Program-made: the position numbers and the translations under genes | NCBI GenBank assembly: GCA_964508765.1 | Contig: CAZDVD010000004.1 | Location: forward strand, 66,784-130,783 | Reading direction: 5' to 3' | DNA length: 64,000 nt | Source: an uncultured Lentisphaeria bacterium | GTDB taxonomy: Bacteria; Fidelibacterota; UBA8477; JABMPR01 | In this document: in pieces, positions 57,415-64,000 of the stretch | Position numbering within the stretch: the first letter of the stretch is position 1 | Layout: each line of letters starts with the position of its first letter | Notes under the pieces: generated by a model | Told to the model about the DNA's origin: nothing | Databases searched by the model: none | The model's input: the letters and a program-made list of their open reading frames with translations, nothing else

Positions 57415-58470
57415 TTACGAAATGAACATGGCATCGCCATAACTGAAAAAGCGATACTTCTCTTCGACTGCAATGTTATAGGCCTTGAGAATTTTCTCCT
57501 TGGATGAAAAGGCTGAAACCAGCATGAGAAGCGTAGATTTAGGTTGGTGAAAATTGGTGATAATGCCATCAACCACCCTGAAAATATAGGGGGGATAAAT
57601 GAACTTATTTGTCCAGCCATCACCTGGTTCCAACTCACGAGGATACATCACGGCTGATTCAAGAGCCCGTACGACCGTGGTCCCCACACCGATGATCCGC
57701 CGACCTTCTTCTTTAGCTTTTTTTATTGCGGTAACCGTTTCTTCAGGGACATTAAAATATTCAGCATCCATCTGATGCTTCGTGATGTCTTCAACATTTA
57801 CCGGCCTGAAGGTTCCCAGTCCAACATGGAGGGTCACGTATTGAATTTCCACCCCTTTGGCCTTGGCCTTTTTCAAAAGTGCTTCAGTAAAATGCAATCC
57901 AGCAGTAGGAGCTGCCACAGCACCACGATGCTTGGCATAGACAGTTTGATAACGATCTTTGTCATCATCATTGGCTTCACGAACGATATAGGGAGGCAAT
58001 GGCCATTTACCGACTTCATCAAGAATGGAATAGAAATCACCACCATTTTTATCAAAACGCACGACACGTCCACCCGAGACCGTATTGTCTACCACATCGC
58101 AGGTGATTTTGTCTTCGATAACCAGCTTGTTACCAACTCTAACCTTGCGGGCAGGTTTCACCAGCGTTTCCCATAAATTGTTTCCCAATTCACGAAGCAA
58201 AAACAATTCGATTTCTGTGTCGGTTTTATCCTTGCGGGCATAGAGTCTTGATGGAAAAACTTTAGTATTATTGAGAACGAGAACATCTCCTGATTTTAGA
58301 GAATCTACCACATTCGAAAATTTGCTATGCTCCACTTCACCGGATTGGGCATCCATAACAAGCAATCTGGATCCATCACGTTTGGCGGTTGGATGTTGGG
58401 CAATTAACTCATTTGGTAATTCATAATCAAAATCAGATAAGGTCAGGGCTTTTGCGCGATCAAACAGCAT
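57415..58470 (-). CDS. queA: S-adenosylmethionine:tRNA ribosyltransferase-isomerase
   Basis: 351 aa. The N-terminus LSDFDYELPNELIAQHPTAKRDGSRLLV is canonical QueA. Confidence 0.9.
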   Translation of the reverse strand: MLFDRAKALTLSDFDYELPNELIAQHPTAKRDGSRLLVMDAQSGEVEHSKFSNVVDSLKSGDVLVLNNTKVFPSRLYARKDKTDTEIELFLLRELGNNLWETLVKPARKVRVGNKLVIEDKITCDVVDNTVSGGRVVRFDKNGGDFYSILDEVGKWPLPPYIVREANDDDKDRYQTVYAKHRGAVAAPTAGLHFTEALLKKAKAKGVEIQYVTLHVGLGTFRPVNVEDITKHQMDAEYFNVPEETVTAIKKAKEEGRRIIGVGTTVVRALESAVMYPRELEPGDGWTNKFIYPPYIFRVVDGIITNFHQPKSTLLMLVSAFSSKEKILKAYNIAVEEKYRFFSYGDAMFIS

Positions 58471-58473
58471 ATA

Positions 58474-59508
58474 TCATTCTTTCTTTCTTTGGAACATGTT
58501 GGTTTGGGATAACTCGGCTTTTAAAACAAAGCCTAAATGTCTATAAGCTTGAGGAGTTGCCTGTCTGCCACGGGCAGTTCGAACCAGAAACCCCTCCATA
58601 ATCAAGAATGGTTCATAAACTTCTTCCAGGGTATTGGCTTCTTCACCAACTACTACTGAAAGCGAGCTTAGTCCAACAGGACCACCGTCAAATTTTTCTA
58701 TAAGTGCCTTGAGTATGCGTTTATCCATATCATCGAGACCATACTCATCGACGTTTAACATGCCGAGGGCATCATCAGCTACTTGTTTGGTAATGGAGCC
58801 ATTGCCTTTAACCTGGGCAAAATCTCGGGTCCTTCTAAGCAGGCGATTGGCAATACGAGGTGTGCCCCTGCTGCGACGGGCCAGCTCTAAGGCACCATCA
58901 TCATCAATGGGAACATTTAAAATATTGGCTGAGCGTTTTACAATTAGTTGAAGCTGCTCTGGTTCATAAAAATCCATGCGGAGTACCACACCAAAACGAG
59001 CACGCATAGGGGGCGTTAAAAGACCAGCACGTGTGGTGGCACCAACCAGAGTGAATGGTTCAAGATTCAGCTGAACACTCCGAGCACTCGGCCCTTGATC
59101 AATCATGATGTCAATGCGATAGTCTTCCATGGCTGAATAGAGATATTCTTCAACTACAGGGTTCAAGCGATGCACTTCATCAATAAAAAAGACATCCCGC
59201 TCCTCGAGATTGGTGAGTAAGCCGGCCAAATCAGCAGCTTTAACAAGCACAGGTCCAGAGGTAATTTTAATACTCACGCCTAATTCTTTGGCGACCAGCA
59301 TTGCCAGAGTGGTTTTACCCAGTCCCGGAGGTCCAAATAGAAGGACGTGATCCAAAGCTTCATTACGCTGTTTGGCAGCCTCAATAAAGATTTTTAGTTG
59401 AGCAACTGTATCCTCCTGACCGACGAAATCTTCCAGACTTTGTGGTCGCAGAGCACGGTCAAACTCCTGTTCTTCGGTCAATAGTTGGGGTTGTGTTAAA
59501 TCACTCAT
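58474..59508 (-). CDS. ruvB: Holliday junction branch migration helicase RuvB
   Basis: 344 aa. Walker [15 protein letters not shown], Walker B FIDEVHRL and sensor motifs are present. It is 4 bp from the queA start. Confidence 0.9.
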   Translation of the reverse strand: MSDLTQPQLLTEEQEFDRALRPQSLEDFVGQEDTVAQLKIFIEAAKQRNEALDHVLLFGPPGLGKTTLAMLVAKELGVSIKITSGPVLVKAADLAGLLTNLEERDVFFIDEVHRLNPVVEEYLYSAMEDYRIDIMIDQGPSARSVQLNLEPFTLVGATTRAGLLTPPMRARFGVVLRMDFYEPEQLQLIVKRSANILNVPIDDDGALELARRSRGTPRIANRLLRRTRDFAQVKGNGSITKQVADDALGMLNVDEYGLDDMDKRILKALIEKFDGGPVGLSSLSVVVGEEANTLEEVYEPFLIMEGFLVRTARGRQATPQAYRHLGFVLKAELSQTNMFQRKKE

Positions 59509-59665
59509 CTTATCAATCTTTACTTGCCTCTCTTTGAATTTTGGTCTCTGGAACTTCTATTCAAAATGTGCCGGCAAATATAGTCGGTGGGGGTGCCTGT
59601 TTCCAAGTGAAGCCTTGGAGGGGCTATTCGCACACTATTCGGATATGTCCTTCCTGGAGACAATA

Positions 59666-62488
59666 TTATTTCGCCAACATGTCTTTGAGGTAATATCCTG
59701 TATAGGATTGCTTAACCCTGGCGACTTCCTCAGGAGTTCCGGAGGCCAGGAGTTCTCCACCTCCATCACCACCCTCAGGTCCGAGATCGATCACGTGGTC
59801 AGCAGACTTAATCACATCAAGATTATGCTCAATGACCAGGACGGTATTGCCCTTGTCAACCAGGCGATTCAGAACCGTCAATAGCATGCTTACGTCGGCA
59901 AAGTGGAGGCCAGTTGTGGGTTCATCCAGAATATAAAAAGTACGGCCCGTACCCACCTTGCTTAGCTCACTGGCAAGTTTCACCCTCTGGGCTTCGCCGC
60001 CGGATAGCGTAGTGGCCTGTTGTCCCAGCTTGATGTATCCAAGACCCACTTCGACGAGCGTTTTAAGTTTTCTCTTGAGAGCTGGTATGGCTTTAAAGAA
60101 GCCGAAGGCTTCCTCCACTGACATATCCAGTACTTCAGAAATGTTTTTTTTCTTGTACTGAATCTGTAATGTTTCTCTGTTGTAACGTTTTCCCTTACAG
60201 TCTTCGCACTGGACATAAACATCGGGTAAGAAGTGCATCTCAATTTTGCGGATACCATCACCCCGACAACTTTCGCAGCGTCCACCCTTCACATTAAACG
60301 AGAATCGACCTGGCTTATAGCCACGCAACTTCGCTTCAGGAAGCTGGGAGAAGAGATCCCTGATAAATGTGAAAGAGCCTGTATAGGTAGCGGGGTTGGA
60401 TCTGGGGGTCCTGCCAATGGCGGATTGATCAATATTAATGACCTTGTCGATATATGCCAAACCTTCTACACGATCATACGGTAGCGTGGTAATCTTCGTA
60501 TTGTATATGGACCGTGCCATGGCTGGATAAAGAGTTTGATTAATGAGGGATGACTTACCTGATCCAGATACCCCAGTCACACAGATGAATTTCCCCAGGG
60601 GGAAATCAATGTTAAGTTTTTGAAGATTATTCCCACGAGCTCCAACCAGACTGATTTTACTGTTTCTTCCTTCTCGTCTTTGCATGGGAACCGGGATAGA
60701 TAATTCACCCGTTAAGTATTTTGCAGTGAGGGAGTTTTTGTTTTTCAAGAACGTTTTTGGTGGGCCTATGGCCACAATCTCGCCACCATGTTCACCTGCA
60801 CCAGGACCCATATCTACCAATATATCTGCCTCTTCCATGGTTTCCTGATCATGTTCAATAACAATAACCGTATTGCCCAAATCTCTAAGATGTTTTAAGG
60901 TTTCAATTAGACGTCGATTATCACGCTGATGCAGACCAATTGATGGTTCATCCAAAATATAAAGCACGCCGACCAGTTGCGAGCCTATTTGGGTTGCCAA
61001 GCGAATTCGCTGCGCCTCGCCACCAGATAAAGTTCCAGCGGTGCGGAATAAGTTTAAATAATCCAATCCAACATTAACTAGAAAACTTAATCTTTCTTTA
61101 ACTTCTTTTAAGATTTGTTTTCCAATCTGCTCTTCTGTTTTAGAGAGTTTTAATTCATTGAAAAACACAAGCAGTTCTTTAATTGGTAAATAGCTCAGAT
61201 CTGTGATACTCTTTTTCCCGAGGAGGATATGATTTGCTTCAATACGAAGACGAGAACCGCCACATGTTTCACAGGGTAAAGAACTCATGTAGCCCTCAAT
61301 CCATTTCCTTACGCCTGGTGATGTAGTCTGTTTATATCTGCGTTCCAGATTGGGGATAACCCCTTCAAAACCGCCTTCGTACTCACCTTTCCACCGATCT
61401 GATTCATAGGCCATTTTGATTTTCTTGTCCCCGGTACCCCTTATAATGGCCTCCTTTGCCTCATCACTGATACTGCTCCAGGGTTGAGTGAACTTGAAAT
61501 TGTAATGTGAAGCCAAGCTTTTAAGGATAGCAGCGTACCAGTTTCCGCGGGGCTGCTCACCAAGCGGTGCTATGGCGCCCTGTAATAGGGACTTCCTTTT
61601 ATCAGGCACGATGAGTTTAATATCTATACTTGTTTGCATACCTAGTCCATCACAACTGGGGCAAGCGCCATATGGGCCATTAAAGGAAAACAAACGAGGT
61701 TCAAGCTCAGGATAACTTATCTCGCAATAAGGACAAGCGTAGTGCTCAGAGAATACATGTTCTTCTTCACCTACAACATCAATAATGACCATGCCTGTTC
61801 CATGTTTTAAGGCCAACTCAACGGACTCTGTCAACCTATCTTTAAACTCTTCATTGATAACAAGACGATCTATGACAATTTCAATTTTATGTTTTTTGTT
61901 TTTATCAAGATTTATTGATCGACCAACTTCTTGAATCTTTCCATCTACACGTACCCTTACAAACCCCTCTCTCTTTATTTCCTTAAATATTTCTTTAAAC
62001 TCACCCTTGCGACTCTTAACAATGGGAGCTAGAATTTGTATGTGTGCATCGGCTTTTAGATTTAAGATGGAGTCAACTATCTGTTGAACCGTTTGCCGGG
62101 TAATTGGCCGGCCACAGTTATAGCATTCCGGTTTTGCTATTCTAGCAAAAAGCAAACGGAGGTAATCATGAATTTCTGTAACTGTCCCCACGGTGGACCT
62201 TGGATTTCTTCCAGCTGATTTTTGTTCAATCGAAATAGCAGGGGATAGGCCATCAATATAATCCACATCTGGTTTTTCCATTAACCCCAGAAATTGACGT
62301 GCATATGCAGAGAGAGATTCTACATAACGTCTCTGACCTTCGGCGTAGATGGTATCGAAAGCCAGGGAAGTTTTACCTGAGCCGGAAAGTCCAGTTATAA
62401 CTATAAATTTATCTCGTGGGAGTTCGAGATTAACATTTTTCAGATTGTGCTCACGGGCACCATGTACAACTAATTTATCACTTCTCAT
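59666..62488 (-). CDS. uvrA: excinuclease ABC subunit A
   Basis: 940 aa with two ABC ATPase modules ([19 protein letters not shown] and [15 protein letters not shown]) and zinc-finger Cys clusters. Confidence 0.9.
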   Translation of the reverse strand: MRSDKLVVHGAREHNLKNVNLELPRDKFIVITGLSGSGKTSLAFDTIYAEGQRRYVESLSAYARQFLGLMEKPDVDYIDGLSPAISIEQKSAGRNPRSTVGTVTEIHDYLRLLFARIAKPECYNCGRPITRQTVQQIVDSILNLKADAHIQILAPIVKSRKGEFKEIFKEIKREGFVRVRVDGKIQEVGRSINLDKNKKHKIEIVIDRLVINEEFKDRLTESVELALKHGTGMVIIDVVGEEEHVFSEHYACPYCEISYPELEPRLFSFNGPYGACPSCDGLGMQTSIDIKLIVPDKRKSLLQGAIAPLGEQPRGNWYAAILKSLASHYNFKFTQPWSSISDEAKEAIIRGTGDKKIKMAYESDRWKGEYEGGFEGVIPNLERRYKQTTSPGVRKWIEGYMSSLPCETCGGSRLRIEANHILLGKKSITDLSYLPIKELLVFFNELKLSKTEEQIGKQILKEVKERLSFLVNVGLDYLNLFRTAGTLSGGEAQRIRLATQIGSQLVGVLYILDEPSIGLHQRDNRRLIETLKHLRDLGNTVIVIEHDQETMEEADILVDMGPGAGEHGGEIVAIGPPKTFLKNKNSLTAKYLTGELSIPVPMQRREGRNSKISLVGARGNNLQKLNIDFPLGKFICVTGVSGSGKSSLINQTLYPAMARSIYNTKITTLPYDRVEGLAYIDKVINIDQSAIGRTPRSNPATYTGSFTFIRDLFSQLPEAKLRGYKPGRFSFNVKGGRCESCRGDGIRKIEMHFLPDVYVQCEDCKGKRYNRETLQIQYKKKNISEVLDMSVEEAFGFFKAIPALKRKLKTLVEVGLGYIKLGQQATTLSGGEAQRVKLASELSKVGTGRTFYILDEPTTGLHFADVSMLLTVLNRLVDKGNTVLVIEHNLDVIKSADHVIDLGPEGGDGGGELLASGTPEEVARVKQSYTGYYLKDMLAK

Positions 62489-63511
62489 AAAATCCTCAAT
62501 TCAAACTTTTAAGATATTTGGAGGACTAGCCTGGTGGAAGCAGAATTTAGATTTTCCTGTATAAATATTGTAATTGATTCCACAAGTACAAGTTTGTTGG
62601 AATACCACAAAAATAATGCCTGTATGTGCACCACCTGCCTTTGCATCATACTGTACGCTTCAATATTCATTTACCTCCACTCATGACCTCTGCATAGGAC
62701 CTAACATAGCCTTGGCTTAAGGGCTCTGATACTGTGTGATAGTTATCCACACTTATGACCTGCTTTCCAGGTTGCTCTCGATTCCGCAGAATTCTCTCTT
62801 TGCAAGCCACCATGCATACGTCAATTGCCTGTATTAATGGGTTTAGTAGGTTTTAATGTCAATTTTAGAAATTTATCTTCTTCATTTATCAAATTACTAT
62901 TGTCGCAATTATGGCTCATATTGACCAGCTGGTCATAAGGCTATCTATTGTTCCCCGTCTGGCGTAAAAAGCTTTAACCTGTTTTATTGTCTGTATTTGC
63001 TGCTCCAAAACGCTACATTTTACCCGCCTTGCCGTATTGTGCACCACAAAATTATTGCTATTCACCTGGGCTTCCTAAGATCTATTATCGGTGAGAAATT
63101 CTAAATCAAATCAGCCTTTCTGGTCAATTTCACTCATTTTCGAATGATCTCTGCTCTTTAACAGCACTGAGCCCAGCTTTTTAACCAACCCTTACCCACA
63201 AACCGCTATTTCAACCTTATGAAAACACCATTATTAATTAAAACTCTCAGCTCGAAACCAAGAATACATAAAACTATTATATTCGATTTATTAACTATAA
63301 TTCATAATATTGTTCTTTATCAATTAACCTCATAGTACCCCCATCACACCGTTCCTCTTTTCATGATTTCCTTTTATATTTCAATGTCTTAGTCGATAAC
63401 CTATGCCGGTTAGCGTCCCTGTTTTCAACTCAACGAATATTTCCCACCTTCTCAACAACCCGTTTATATTGATCCGATTTTGAAAAACATCTTCATATAA
63501 GGATTCACTGC

Positions 63512-64000
63512 ATGAATGCTCTGTCGCTCAACAATATTACAAAAACCTTCAATGATTTTACTGCTGTGGATCAGCTTTCACTGGAGGTCCCGGAAGGTAG
63601 CATCTATGGCTTTATAGGTCCTAATGGCTCTGGTAAGACAACTACAATACGTATGATCATGAATATTTTGCATCCAGACAATGGCGATATTCAAATTTTG
63701 GGTTTTCCTCGAGCATCCATTGATAATGACCTTGTTGGTTACCTTCCTGAAGAACGCGGATTATACAAAAAGATGAAAATCCGTGAGTTGCTTCAATTCT
63801 ATGGTCAACTCAAAACAGGACATAGGGTTTCAGAGGACGTTGACTTTTGGTTGGAAAAACTTGATCTCTCTGAATGGGGCAATAAGAAGGTGGAAGCCTT
63901 AAGTAAGGGTATGAGTCAAAAGGTGCAGTTCATTGCAACCGTTGTTTCCCATCCCAAGCTTGTCATTCTTGATGAGCCCTTCAGTGGACTTGATCCAGTA
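63512..64000 (+). CDS. ABC transporter ATP-binding protein (ABC-2 type), 5' part; continues beyond the window end
   Basis: ATG at 63512. Walker A GFIGPNGSGKTTTIRM, Q-loop and signature region LSKGMSQKV, and Walker B LVILDEPFSGLD at the window edge. Confidence 0.8.
   Translation, partial: MNALSLNNITKTFNDFTAVDQLSLEVPEGSIYGFIGPNGSGKTTTIRMIMNILHPDNGDIQILGFPRASIDNDLVGYLPEERGLYKKMKIRELLQFYGQLKTGHRVSEDVDFWLEKLDLSEWGNKKVEALSKGMSQKVQFIATVVSHPKLVILDEPFSGLDPV

Noticed and set aside
62489-63511. tmRNA, RNase P RNA or 6S RNA in the 1-kb ORF-free region
   Set aside because: No tRNA-like 3' end (GGUUCGAAUCC...CCA), resume-codon region or RNase P conserved helices were recognisable. It is left as an unexplained non-coding region.
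1-64000. CRISPR arrays or rRNA genes
   Set aside because: No regularly spaced direct repeats of 25-40 bp and no rRNA-like conserved stretches were seen anywhere in the window.

Overview
This is a 64-kb bacterial chromosomal window with most genes on the minus strand. Weak hints (TonB-dependent receptor with a carboxypeptidase-regulatory-like N-terminus, a DUF2723 giant membrane protein, HppA, 'LRFARND'-like intergenic repeats, about 45% GC) suggest an FCB-group or related lineage, but the taxon is uncertain.

Housekeeping backbone:
- ispE, tRNA-Gln(TTG), prs, rplY(ctc), pth, hppA (membrane pyrophosphatase), and rpsF-rpsR-rplI with no ssb gene.
- ispF, queA, ruvB, uvrA, hisS, a TrmH/SpoU methyltransferase, xth, mutM, and RNase G/E.

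Accessory content:
- A BtpA/SgcQ-amidohydrolase-PuuD-like GATase operon, followed by a SAM methyltransferase, an NAD-dependent epimerase and a GH3 glycosidase.
- A chromosomal class D (OXA-like) beta-lactamase.
- CstA and YihY.
- A radical-SAM/B12 enzyme fused to DUF2344, directly upstream of rng.
- An IS200-like/RAYT transposase flanked by matching hairpins.
- A RelE/ParE toxin-antitoxin pair.
- Two copies of an inverted-repeat intergenic element.
- An alkyltransferase-like (ATL) protein.
- A TonB-dependent receptor followed by an HTH regulator with a CarH/LitR-like B12-binding domain.
- A crcB (fluoride channel) locus with a CPBP protease and two DUF190 (P-II-like) genes, one of them fused to a roughly 290-residue poly-acidic tail.

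No CRISPR array and no rRNA were found. The most unusual items are the crcB/DUF190-polyacidic-tail locus, the radical-SAM-DUF2344 fusion next to RNase G with its 520-nt spacer, and the repeat/IS200-like elements.
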